Counted from the first letter of the whole stretch, positions 31,313 to 43,933 are shown. The stretch is 63,694 nucleotides of DNA, filler included, from Octopus bimaculoides (GCF_001194135.2; 8 parts of 7 records of this genome joined end to end with filler, not necessarily neighbours in it), one strand, 5' to 3'. Notes: generated by a model from the letters alone, not told the origin. Translations and numbers: made by a program.

Positions 31313-32616
31313 TTGTTTTTGTCAACTCAGATGTAAATGAGTAACAAACAGATGCTACTTAAGGTCACACTCTTCCTCCAGCTGTTACATTCAAAATGAC
31401 GAAAAAAAGAGGGGTGCATCGGATAGACGATGCATGCTCTGCACGCAGATAATTGGTTTCGCAAATTATAGTGTGGTTTACATTGCGCTGCTTACCTATG
31501 CCTCTTAATTGAACTGAATTAAATTTTCTTGTTCTTTTTTTTTTTAAGTATCACTATTATAAGTATTCATACTCCGGTGAAATTAAGAAATCAACTCATA
31601 AATAAACGAAACCTTCGAATCCATCACTGTACACACACGCACACGCACACGTGCGCGCGTACACACACAGCTGCATATGTATGTATGTACCCACACATGT
31701 CTATGCGCACAGGTACACCATGATCTATACGCACGCAGACGAGGGTCGATTCATATGAAAAAGAAGGTGAACAAAATAATATAACCACTTGCTTATCGGG
31801 AAGTTTGTAAGTTCGCTTACTTTCGCAGGGTAGTAACTCACACGATCATACTTGGGAGAGTCGAGAACCAAAAGGGTGAATTTTTGTTAGCGACTGTGTG
31901 ACCACGTGCGCTCCTAAAATAATTTGTCAAAGCATACTACGTTACAAACCATGCTCACTCACGTGTGATGGCTGGCTGTGCAGTATTTTGTTCCTTAGCA
32001 TAAAATATCCAATATTTTTTTTTTTCATTTTAGGCACAAGGCCTGATATTTTGGTGGGCGGGGGGTAAATCAATAACATCGACCCTAGAGTTCAATTGGT
32101 ACTTGTTTTATCGATCGCGAATGCATGACAGACAAAATCGACCTTGGTGGAATTTGAATTCAGAATAAAACCGGGAGAAATATCACTAAGCATTTTGTTC
32201 GACAATTTCAAAACTGAATATTTATGCATTATATGCGCGCGCACGCATGTAAATGAATGGGTTAGCGTCCAATATAGTATATATATAGTGCGTCCAGCAC
32301 TATATATCGGTGAAATAAACATCAGAGATGCTTTGATCCAAGCACAAACTGCAGTCGACACAAGCCTCTTGTGTTAATTGTGACTAAAGGATTAGCATTG
32401 TTAGGAACCATTCCGTACCTGCAGCAGATCACTCATAAAGCCACAGTCGTTCCATAACTAAGTCTGTAGGCTTCGCCTGAATTTAAAAAAAAAAGGGAGG
32501 ACCGATATACACTTCGCCAACAAAAAGGTCCCATCTGCGGTCATTTGTCAACCATAACCACAACTATTTCCCCTATGGTTTTCTTCAATTGTCTGCATTT
32601 TCAACTTATACATACA

Positions 32617-32649
<33 letters not shown>

Positions 32650-32651
32650 TA

Positions 32652-32863
32652 TTTTCTACTCTAGGCACACGGACTGACAATTTTGGGGACGGGGCCAGTC
32701 GATTAGATCGATCCTCAGTACGCAACTGGTACTTAATTTATCGATCTCGAAAGGATGAAAGGCAAAGTCGACCTCGGCGGAATTTGAACTCAGAACGTGA
32801 AGACAGACGAAATACCGCTGAGCATTTCGCCTGGCGTGCTAATATTTCTGCCAGCTCACCGCC

Positions 32864-32865
<2 letters not shown>
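32652..32865 (-). mobile_element. full-length SINE B
   Basis: Reverse complement of the unit at 17016. Confidence 0.9.
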
Positions 32866-32909
<44 letters not shown>

Positions 32910-33110
32910 TCGCCATGATAGATCGCTGACCACTACATTTATATTTTTTCTCCTTGTTTCTCTCTTTATTTCTTTATGTGTTCCTTTCAGCTGAAGAGCA
33001 TAGCTCGAAACGTCAAAGACTTTCTCTATTCCCGAGCGTTAAACTAATACATCCATTTGTTGTTTACACCACCTGTCTTCGTCTGTTGTTTTTTTCGTAA
33101 ATTCTCCCAT
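32910..33110 (+). mobile_element. Penelope-like pLTR fragment between (TA)n tracts
   Basis: Carries a minimal hammerhead-like motif at 32984-33018. A related 3' end lies on the minus strand at about 33580-33660. Confidence 0.55.
32984..33018 (+). ncRNA. variant minimal type I hammerhead ribozyme motif
   Basis: CUUU-CAGCUGA-A-GAGC-AUA-GCUC-GAAAC-GUC-AAAG. Stem I CUUU/AAAG, stem II GAGC/GCUC, palindromic ACGU stem III. The core deviates from CUGANGA. Confidence 0.5.
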
Positions 33111-33129
33111 ATATATATATATATATATA

Positions 33130-33265
33130 TTGAGAAGTTAGTTGCTATGGCCGGTCAATGAGCAACTGTTTGTCTCGCACCTGTGAAGAGCTTAGCAGTA
33201 TAGGCGCTTTATAAGTGCGAAACCAATGGTCACTCTCTAACCGGCCATAGCAATCAACTTCCCAA
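33130..33265. mobile_element. 136-bp fold-back element (MITE-like)
   Basis: 51-nt arms at 33130-33180 and 33215-33265, about 40/51 complementary, with a 34-nt loop. Confidence 0.7.
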
Positions 33266-33422
33266 AAAATATATTCCTGCTTTAACGTTTTAGAATGTGT
33301 TACTTTTTCTGATATATGAACTACTGACGATATATATATATATCGTCAGAACGTGAAGACAGACGAAATACCGCTGAGCATTTCGCCTGGCGTGCTAATA
33401 TTTCTGCCAGCTCACCGCCTTA

Positions 33423-33465
<43 letters not shown>

Positions 33466-33536
33466 GTGTGTGTGTGTGTGCATAATCCTTTAAATATTAT
33501 TTATGTAACGCCACGCAATCCTTTTTTTTTTCTTTC

Positions 33537-33572
<36 letters not shown>

Positions 33573-33664
33573 TCAAAAAAACACAAAAAACAATAACAAA
33601 AAAACAACAAAGTGAGGACGTGATACGGATAGTGTTATTGGACGCTCGGGAAAGGAAGGAGAGA

Positions 33665-33940
33665 TATTGAATACGCATGGAAGAGCGGTTTGAGCGTCGG
33701 ACTCACAATCCTGGGGTAACGAGCTCGATTCCTGAACCGAGCTGTGTGTTGTGCTCTTGAGCAAGACATTTTATTTCATGTTACTCCAATTCACGCAGCT
33801 GTAGAAGTGAGTTGCGACGTTCCTGGTACCAAAGCTGTATCGGACTTTGCCTTTCCCTTGGATAACATTGAAGGCGTAGAGAGGGGAGGCTGGTATGCAT
33901 GGGCGACTGTTGGTCTTCCATAAACAACCTTGCCCGGATA
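33665..33940 (+). mobile_element. tRNA-derived SINE family D
   Basis: B-box-like gctcgattcc followed by gtgctcttgagcaagacatttta. Confidence 0.65.
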
Positions 33941-34309
33941 TTTATATTGATATATATATATATATATATATAAATTTATATACATAAGGATAAGATGGTT
34001 ATTTAAAAATACCGATCTTATCAGATGGCCAGCATGGGAATAAAAACCTCAGAGGTAATAATTATTATAAAAATTATAATTTAGGGTATCTAAGAGATAC
34101 CACCATGCTTGAAATAGCAGTCAAACTTTGACTCTAAAACCACATTAATTGTTCATACAGCACCAGAAGAAAAGACAAAGAGACAAAATAAACTAGCAAA
34201 CAATTACTGGATAACTCTAGATCCTGGATTTCTGACTGTGCATAAGAAATGCTCTGCATTCATCAGTGGAATACACTCAGATAACACATATATACATACA
34301 TACATACAT

Positions 34310-34360
<51 letters not shown>

Positions 34361-34460
34361 NNNNNNNNNNNNNNNNNNNNNNNNNNNNNNNNNNNNNNNN
34401 NNNNTTAATTAATTAANNNNNNNNNNNNNNNNNNNNNNNNNNNNNNNNNNNNNNNNNNNN
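34361..34460. other. artificial scaffold linker
   Basis: 44N + TTAATTAATTAA (34405-34416) + 44N. Confidence 0.97.
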
Positions 34461-34659
34461 AAAGGAAAAGAGAAAGAGAGGAAGTACGAGGTGGAAAAAA
34501 GAGATACGTAGTAGTAACAGAGGAAGAACGAGAGGGGTAAAGCGAGATACGTAGTAGTAAAGAGGAAGAACGAGAGGGGGGGGATGATAGAGGAAGAGAA
34601 AGAGATAGAGTAGCGTCGGAAAATATGAAGTTACGAAAAACTACTTACAATTGGAGACG

Positions 34660-34810
34660 CTGCGTTCAATCATGTAAAAACAAATAGTAAATGAGTATAT
34701 GCATATATACGTACAGGTATGTGCATACCGACATCCACCTGTATGTATAGGTGCATATCTGGGTACAGGACATTGCAAACAAAACAGAGACGAGAAAACA
34801 CACAAGCCAC
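34660..34810 (-). repeat. dispersed repeat family G
   Basis: Near-identical to 55725-55880 (+) (gtcctgtacccagatatgcacctata...). A related 5' part is at about 61930-61990. Confidence 0.75.
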
Positions 34811-35657
34811 GGTGTGGTTGTGTGGTAAGAAACTTGCTTCCTAGCCACATAGTTGCAGGATTATTACCCTTGCGTGTCACCTTAGCCAAGTATCTTCTAA
34901 TATAGCTTCGGGATGCCCAAACTCTTTGGAATGTATTTGGTAGATGAAAACTGAAAGAAGCCAATCGTAAGTATTTTATATGCATACATACATACATGAA
35001 TATACACACACACACGCACACACACACGCACACACACACACACATAAGCACACACACATATATATATATATATATGCATATATGGGTACGGACGCCACCA
35101 ACAGCAAATAGCATGCAATACGAAAACAAATGAGTTAAATACGCGAACGAGAGAAACAAATGGAATACAGGACAAGTAACACAAAGAACGACCCTTCATC
35201 AGTTGTCGGCTGTCCATCTACTCCCCATTTCTAACATTGAACGACAATATGAGTCTTCGAAGACAATTGCTCCCATGAATACCAAAATAAAATTTTGTAT
35301 TTATGGAGGGTCAAAGTTGGGAACAAAAACAAGGAAACCGAACGAAAACAAACATGGGGGATCGTTAGACCAGAACGAGTGCAAAATAGCGAACGCTGGA
35401 AAAATATTTTCTATTGAAGAGAAAAGATAGAAGACGCCCAGTCCTTAGGACGTCCTGAAGGAAAAGAAAGACGGTCACGTGAGGAAAAGAAAGATGGGCG
35501 ATGGTCACGTGTGATCAATGAGAGAGAGAGAAAAAGAAAAAGAGGGGAGAGGGAGACTGATAGAAAACGGTGAAGGGGAGTAAAAGGAAATTAGAGAAGG
35601 ATGGGGGAGAAAACAGTACAGAGTAGAGTCACATCAAAAAGGTTAATATAAACTTAC

Positions 35658-35955
35658 CTGGAAATGGATGAGTAGCGGGTGTCCCAAAATTAAAGTAACT
35701 CTTGTATCGCACGTTCGACCTACGATATAACAGGATAATAATCACGTCCTCGCAAATCGTTCTACTCAAGATACTGGTAATAACCCTCGACAATACGCAA
35801 CTTTCGGCTTTACTCTGCTCAAGGTTCTCTGCGTTGTGGCACAGTCCATTAAGAGCCAACCAATAGGGGTGTTCTACTTCCACACAACAGTAACCAACTT
35901 CTTTCAGTTCTGTCAAAGTAAAACAGTATACTCTGGGTCCGGGCATTGCAATGCA
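35658..35955 (-). CDS. candidate internal exon of an unidentified gene (99 codons, Cys-rich)
   Basis: Minus-strand acceptor ttgtgttttctttattag and consensus donor CAG|GTAAGT bound a stop-free 298-nt frame (CIAMPGPRVYCF...FGTPATHPFP-G). No family recognised and no partner exons found. Confidence 0.35.
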
Positions 35956-35959
35956 CTAA

Positions 35960-36994
35960 TAAAGAAAACACAATTATGACTCTAACACATCTATTTGATA
36001 TGACCACCTCTCTTTCGAATCAATGCCTTAAGTCTAGGTGCGAATGCTTCACACTGTTCTTGCAGAATCGAAGCCCATTCCTGGCGCAGTTTTGCCTTCA
36101 GGGCGTCGAGTGAAGCACGAGGAACGCTCGACACCTTCGTCTTTAAAATGGATCAAACAGAAAAATCCAATGGGTCGAGATCAGGGCTTCTTGAGGGTCA
36201 GACAGCGTTGTCTATGAACGACGGTATGTTTTCCTGGGTCCAGTGCTGTGTCTGCTTGGTGCTGTGGGATGGTACCGAGTCCTGTTAGAGGCTCGAAGGT
36301 CGCCTTGAAAGTGTTCATTCGCCCATGGAAGTAGTTCAGCTTCCAGAATATTGCTAATGTATCACTGGGTATTAATTTTAATACCTGAAGGCATACAAAT
36401 GAGGGAAGACCTTCTAGTGGTTATCACAACCACCTAAACCACACCTGACTGTGGATTTTGTTGTTAATTTACGAGTCTACCCTGGTCGGAGCCAGATACA
36501 CCCGAAATAGGGTATTCTGGCGGTTTACTGTCTATGTCAAATCTCTTTTCGTCAGTGAACACCAGATTGGGCAGTGTGCCTTCAGAAATACGACAGCAGA
36601 TCATTTTGTAGGGGTAGGTCCTGAGATTCTCCTTCAGCACTCGATACATCAATGTTCGGCTTATTTTTGCTGTGGCAGCCAGTTTTCTGGCAGAACGACG
36701 AGTTTTTCACCGTAACTTTTCTCTAATAATTCTGATAAGCTGAGGGGTCCGCATACTTCTTTTTCGGCCACGTCCAGGTTGATAAGTCATGTATTCTTTT
36801 CTCCTTTGTGGAAGGTTATGATTGTATTTCGGTCTATAGCCATTACCTAATTCATAAATCTAAATTTACTTAGCCTGAAACAAAAAGAAGACACACTAAG
36901 CTTTTATAATGACGTATAATTTTCATATCTTATCACAATTATTGATAGTCATTAAAGCCCGAAACTTCGGCTGCCTTAGTTTCGCGATACCCTG
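35960..36994 (-). mobile_element. maT (DD37D) Tc1/mariner element, one end lost
   Basis: TIR TA|CAGGGTATCGCGAAAC at 36994. ATG at 36841-36843, stop at 35991-35993. Motifs FTDEKRFDI and QDSVPSH...SPDLDPLDF, with 37 residues between the last two Asp. Several stops and frameshifts. Confidence 0.9.
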
Positions 36995-37025
<31 letters not shown>

Positions 37026-37599
37026 GCATATATACGTATATAAACATATTTGTTGAGTATATGTATGTAGAAATATATGTATAATATGATATATATATTA
37101 TTTATGTTAGGTGAATATATACACTAATCCTTATTAGAATCGTATAATTTTGATTTCTAACATAGACACAATATCACACATTTTGGGTGAAGGTGTAGTC
37201 TATCATCGACCCTAGTATATGAATGAAACTTTATTTTATTGATACTAGAAAAGCGAGAGACATTGAACACTGAACCTCAGTAATCTTAGAAATTTTGTGC
37301 GACGCTGTAAAGTAATCGATCATGATAATATTCATAGTTGTTTCTGACCATAATAATTAGTTTCATATAATGAAAAATAAGTCATGTATTAAATGTCTAC
37401 TTCATTACATTACGTGAGGCAGTAAATCTGCTGACTGAAACGGCAGACTCCCCGATATGATAAAGCCATATTTATCGTCTCTGGAATTGAAATTTAGTGT
37501 TAAAAGGATGAAACTAAATTATGTAAGATATTTCTTCCGATGCTCTGTAGAATCTTTATAGTATTTCTGACAACATCAATATTAATGACAAAATTATTA

Positions 37600-37625
37600 A
37601 TAATAATAATAATAATAATAATAAT

Positions 37626-37692
<67 letters not shown>

Positions 37693-37757
37693 GAAATATT
37701 AAAAAAAATTAAAATAATAATAATAATAATAATAATAGAAATATTAAAAAAAATTAA

Positions 37758-37789
<32 letters not shown>

Positions 37790-37800
37790 TAATAATAATT
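37600..37800. repeat. (AAT)n with duplicated tagaaatattaaaaaaaattaaaa insert
   Basis: Directly visible. Confidence 0.9.
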
Positions 37801-38778
37801 TCTAACATAGGTGCAAAAATGAGTCGGAGCTTAACTTTTTTTGATCGACACGAGTACTTTATTCTATTGACAACCAAAAGAGGAATGGAAAAGATGACCG
37901 TGAATAAATTTGAACTCAGGACGTAAAGGACATCGCTAAATGCCGTGCCGTTTTTTGACTGATATTGCTACAGCAAAAATTTAATGATAGGCATAAATAT
38001 ATACCTTAATGATACAATAATGCGTTAGATATAATATATATTTTGTAGACACAAATATATACTGGTTTCAAATTATGGCACAATTCCAGCAATTTGGGGA
38101 AGGAGTAAGCGGATTACATCGACCCCAGTGCTCAACGGAATTTTATTTGATCTACCCCGAAATGATGAAAGGCAAAGTCCACCTCGCCAAAATTCGAACT
38201 CAGAACTTAAAGACGTACGAAATGCTGCTAATGATTCCGGACAATATGTAATGCATAATAAATTTTACAACACACACACATATATATATATAGTAATGAT
38301 GACGGACATAAATATATTTTAATGGTGTAATTAAATGCAATATATAAAATATAATAACTATAATGACAGACACAATCATGAATAATATAAAATGTATAAC
38401 ATTTCGTATGTATTTACTCTAATGACAGAAGAAAAATTAATGAATTAATAAGTGATACATTATATATAATAAATACTAATAATAATATAATGTTTAATGT
38501 GTGTGAGTATATATATTATAAACATAATATAAACATGTATATATAAGAACATATAAGTTTATATATATATATGGTGTGGAGCTTTGACTGCTCCTTCTAG
38601 CAGTTTAGATGTCCTATTATGGACATCTCTGATGTGTTTAAATGTACACTGTATTTTAAATGAATAATATTTAGTCTATTGACTAATTTTTTCTTCTTGC
38701 TCGACCACTGGTGGCAAATAGAATTTCTAAAATTTTTTTTGCTACCTTCAGATTTATTATATATATATATATATATGT

Positions 38779-38869
<91 letters not shown>

Positions 38870-38959
38870 GATGGAAAACGTAAGACAACAAAAATACATA
38901 GAGATTCTCTCTTTCTCCTCTTTCTCTTCTATTCACTCACTCACAACCCATATCAGTCT

Positions 38960-39505
38960 GTAATGATGCCTGGATTTACCTGAGATTATACCTAAGGGCC
39001 TCTACCTTCACGGAAGTACGGACCGACCGCCATACCCTCTTGAAGAAGATAAGCTGTGAACTTTATTCTCCTGTCTGTATTCTTCTGTCTACTGCTTTAC
39101 TCTTTATTCTTCTATCTACTATTTTAGTCATTATTTTATTCCTTTTAGACTGTGAATTTCCCTGTCTAGAACTTTCATAACAGTCATCTTGTCTCTGATG
39201 ACGAAATACCCAGTCAACGGATATGCTAGCCTATCACTTGGAATATCCCAGAAACAGGTATAAGACTTCAAATTCACATTACCCTAATTAAATATTCTAA
39301 ACGACTTGAGGTACCTGTCCTGTCTTAGTTTTTGTTCTACTTTTTCCTCTACTATAATATATACCTGCTAACTCGGAAGCCTAATAAGGATCCCTAGCTC
39401 AAGCTTCACCCGTGAACTTAGAACTTAATGGATGACCAATTATAGTACTTACTCAGCGTATCTCTTCGTTTAGCTCACCAGTGAACTAAACACCCTCATA
39501 TTCCT
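38960..39505 (+). mobile_element. Penelope-like pLTR fragment ending at (TA)n
   Basis: Contains a degenerate hammerhead layout: GUCU-CUGAUGA (39191-39201)...GAAAC (39251-39255)...AGAC (39263-39266). Confidence 0.45.
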
Positions 39506-39513
39506 TATATATA

Positions 39514-39710
39514 TATAAAGTGTTTAAAATATTTTTGTACACAGAGAGGAGACCTTTGACAGGACTCCTTACATACTAGAAAGGGCAGTTAAAACCCAAA
39601 CCGCGAATTATTTGTTTTCGTGGTTTGGATTTTAGCTGCCCTTTCTAACATGTAAGGAGTCTTGTCAAAGGTCTCCTCCCTGTGTATAAAAATATTTTAT
39701 ACACTTTATA
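39514..39710. mobile_element. 197-bp fold-back element
   Basis: 94-nt arms at 39514-39607 and 39617-39710, 85/94 complementary, 9-nt loop. Begins in a TA run. Confidence 0.85.
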
Positions 39711-40254
39711 TTTTTTAAAATATGTTATGCCTTATGACTTTTATTTATGCATGCTAACCACTTGATAATAAATTATTTTAATTTATTACCCTCATATTTA
39801 CGATAATATATATATATATATATATAATGATCGACACAATACATATTAATTATAGGAAATATAAAATATATTATAGAATGTAATGTATCTTTTACTTTTT
39901 TCAAACATTTGACTGCGGTCATGCTGGGGCACAGATATGAACATTTTTTTTTTTGTTGAATGAATTGACCCTAGTACTTAATTTTTTTTTTTTTTTTTTN
40001 NNNNNNNNNNNNNNNNNNNNNNNNNNNNNNNNNNNNNNNNNNNNNNNNNNNNNNNNNNNNNNNNNNNNNNNNNNNNNNNNNNNNNNNNNNNNNNNNNNNN
40101 NNNNNNNNNNNNNNNNNNNNNNNNNNNNNNNNNNNNNNNNNNNNNNNNNNNNNNNNNNNNNNNNNNNNNNNNNNNNNNNNNNNNNNNNNNNNNNNNNNNN
40201 NNNNNNNNNNNNNNNNNNNNNNNNNNNNNNNNNNNNNNNNNNNNNNNNNNNNNN

Positions 40255-40311
<57 letters not shown>

Positions 40312-40684
40312 ACACACACATTCGACGGACTTTTTTCAGTTTCCGTCGACCAAATCCACTGATAAGCATTTGGTGGGCTCGAAGCTATATAGCATGACAC
40401 TTGCCCTTGCCCAAAGTGTCACGCAGTGGGACCGAAGCCGTAATCATGTTGTTAGGAAGACAAAACTTGACTATGCAGCTACGTCTGATTAATGATATAA
40501 TAGTATATATATGATGTATCACAAAAATTATATGCAACATATAATTTTATGATGCACACAAAATATATAATGCTGTGAGATATACAACATAAATTTAATA
40601 CAATATAAAATAAACATGACAAACGCAAATGTATGTAAATGACATATAATAAAATACAATGAAAGATATTTACATTATCATATA

Positions 40685-40846
40685 GGCGCAGGAATGTCTG
40701 CGTGGTAAGAAGCCTGCTTACCAACCATATGGTTCCGGGTTCAGTCTCACTGCTTGGCACCTTTGGCAGGTGTCTTCTTCTATAACCTCGAGCCGACCAA
40801 AGCCTTGAGAATGGATTTGGTAGACAGAAACTGAAAGAAGTCCGTC

Positions 40847-40893
<47 letters not shown>

Positions 40894-41086
40894 TCCCCCA
40901 CTATCGTTTGACAATTGATGCTGGTATGTTTGCATCCATCTAACTTAGCAGTTCGGCAAAAGGGCCCGATAGAATAAGTACTAGGCTTACAAAGAATAAG
41001 TCGTGGAGTCGATTTCTTCGACTAAAGGTGGTGCTCCAGCATGGCCGCAGTCAAATGACTGAAACAAATAAAAGAATAAAAGAATA
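40685..41086 (+). mobile_element. full-length SINE A (tRNA head, central TG microsatellite, A-rich tail)
   Basis: Head ggcgcagga...ggttcagtctc (pol III A/B-box-like), body, and the same tail as 1-134. Confidence 0.9.
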
Positions 41087-41224
41087 TCTAAATAGTATAT
41101 AATTAATATAATGAGACACAATTATATATTAATAATACACTAATATTTAATACGTAAATAATGAAATGGTAGAGACAATTAAGTATACATGATATAATGA
41201 TTTTTTAATATTAAGTCTATATAG

Positions 41225-41432
41225 AGGAGCTAGCTGGCAGAACCGTTTGCACCCCAGGAAAAATGCTTAGCGGCACTTCGTCCATCTTTATATTCTGAGA
41301 ATTCCGCCGAGGTCGACTTTGACTTACATTCTTTCTGGGTCGATAAAATATGTATCAGTCAAGCACTGGGGTCAATGTAAACGACTCACCCCTCTCCCAG
41401 AATTGCTGGTCTTGTACCAAAATTTGAAATCA
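41225..41432 (+). mobile_element. SINE B
   Basis: Matches the unit at 17016. Confidence 0.85.
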
Positions 41433-42331
41433 ATATTAAATCTATATATAAAATGTTATGATAACAGAAATATACATTTATAATTTGATTAATATATAAT
41501 ATATACAATTAATGTAATGATAGACGCATATTAATGATATAAGTATGTATAAATGGTATAATAGCAGACACTGTATAATAAATACAGAATAAGATATAAT
41601 GATAGACAAAAACAATATATGTTAAATGATACGATAGACACAAATACATATTAAGATATAATGATAAGCAAAAATATTTATTCTGTTGTGTTTGGGGAGA
41701 ATCATTTTCTTTTTGTGCCTTATAATTTAACAGTCTTGACTATTGAAAAGGTTGCAAGACGCAACGAAAATTTTAGGGAAATAAAAAAAAGGAATAAGTG
41801 GAAATATTACCGGTGAGTGTGTTAAAATATAAGGCACAAAAAAAAAATGACTCTCCCCAGACACAACAGAATATGCTTCAACACACGAACTCACATAAAG
41901 AATCTTGCAAACCAAATCCAAAAGCGAAAAATATTTATATTAAAGATGTAATAATGTGTAACATATACTATAATGTTAGGCACATATATTAATGATATAA
42001 TGTTATTATAAATATATATAATAATATAATAATAGGCATATATATATATATATATATATGAATGTATATATANNNNNNNNNNNNNNNNNNNNNNNNNNNN
42101 NNNNNNNNNNNNNNNNNNNNNNNNNNNNNNNNNNNNNNNNNNNNNNNNNNNNNNNNNNNNNNNNNNNNNNNNNNNNNNNNNNNNNNNNNNNNNNNNNNNN
42201 NNNNNNNNNNNNNNNNNNNNNNNNNNNNNNNNNNNNNNNNNNNNNNNNNNNNNNNNNNNNNNNNNNNNNNNNNNNNNNNNNNNNNNNNNNNNNNNNNNNN
42301 NNNNNNNNNNNNNNNNNNNNNNNNNNNNNNN

Positions 42332-42381
<50 letters not shown>

Positions 42382-42758
42382 TATTATGTTAGATACAGAT
42401 GTATATTAATGACGCAATGTATAATACATAATATATAATACTATTATAGGTATATATCTATACAATAATGTATAACATATACGGTAATATATAGTGATAG
42501 GCACAAATATATGCTAATGATGTAATAATACATATCTAATTACTGAAATGATCAAATGTTAGAAACGAACATAATGACTAAATAGATAATAGCGTAATTA
42601 AATATAGATTATAGAATATAAATTCTTCCCGGGTTGACGTTGCACTCTGTTTGTTAAATCTTTGGAATAAATGCCAGTGCTTCTCTCTCATCTTGGTCTA
42701 TTTACTCTACCATTATTTGTAACTAATAAATGGTCTTTTATAGTTAGTTCCTCTAGAG

Positions 42759-43043
42759 CAGGGGTTTTCAAACTTTTTGACTTGCGGAGCCCTTTATATT
42801 TCAGGCTTTACCTTATAAACGCTTATGAAATTTACACATAAATATTTGCTTAAAATAACATATATTTTTACATTTATTTATTTAACAGTATTTAACAAAT
42901 AGGTTTATTGTCAATTAAAAGATTTCGATTAAAAAACATATATAAAATCAAATTGCCCATAAAAAGTATTTGCTGTCCACGGACCCCCTGTTTTGTCCTT
43001 GCGGACCCCCTGTGGTCCGGGGACCACAGTTTGAAAACCCCTG
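42759..43043. mobile_element. hAT-Charlie MITE
   Basis: Perfect 16-bp TIR CAGGGGTTTTCAAACT. Perfect 8-bp TSD CTCTAGAG at 42751-42758 and 43044-43051 (Charlie-type NTCTAGAN target). Confidence 0.95.
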
Positions 43044-43679
43044 CTCTAGAGAGAACAAAAATTTACTCATTACAATGATTACTATTATAGACAGACACAA
43101 GACCACTAATTTGTTGGCAAGAGAGGGTATAGGTGATTATAATGACCTACTGTTTAACTGGCATTTATTTTATCGACCCCGTTGTAGGGATGTAAGGTGT
43201 AAGATTTGAAGCATTATATACTAAAATACCACCGAGGTCAAATTTGATTTTCATCATTTCAGGGTCGATAAAATAACGTCCACTCAAATCATACTTGGTA
43301 ACAGGATAAACTAAAAGTCTCCACTGTATACGAAATATAAATAATGATTAACTAGAAGACCTCTGTGTAAGTGTTCCGATGAACTTTAATAATGGAATGC
43401 CCTAAATATACAATGAAGCGCACACCGTTTTTCCTCCAGCCATACTTTACTGTCCTTAAAAAGAAAAATATGTTGTATAAAGTGGTCAGCCTTGATAATA
43501 ATGATTTCAAGTTTAGGCACAAAATCGGCAAATTTAGCGGAGGTGGTTTCTCAATTCCATTAACCCCGGAGTTCAACTGTTATTTTAACGATTCCGAAGT
43601 GATGAAAGGCTAAGTTGACATCGATGAGCAATAACAATAATAATATATCTATATCTAATATATTTATCAATCTATCTAA

Positions 43680-43721
<42 letters not shown>

Positions 43722-43821
43722 NNNNNNNNNNNNNNNNNNNNNNNNNNNNNNNNNNNNNNNNNNNNTTAATTAATTAANNNNNNNNNNNNNNNNNNNNNNN
43801 NNNNNNNNNNNNNNNNNNNNN
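43722..43821. other. artificial scaffold linker
   Basis: 44N + TTAATTAATTAA (43766-43777) + 44N. Confidence 0.97.
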
Positions 43822-43933
43822 CTGAAGTATTGTGTATTGTTTGTAAAGAATAAAAAGTTTAGGAAGGTATAACAATGCAATATAGAACAAAAAATGGACT
43901 GTATACTTGTTGTAACTTGGTAAACTGTAGTCC

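Larger units (their letters stand above)
37980..43100 (+). repeat. degenerate AT-rich minisatellite (about TATAATGATAGACACAAATATATATTAATGA) interrupted by TEs
   Basis: At least 15 variants, e.g. near 37983, 38359, 39825, 41107, 41513, 41595, 41630, 41968 and 42490. Confidence 0.6.

Noticed and set aside
40685-40760. tRNA-like sequences as true tRNA genes
   Set aside because: All continue into SINE bodies and lack a complete cloverleaf.
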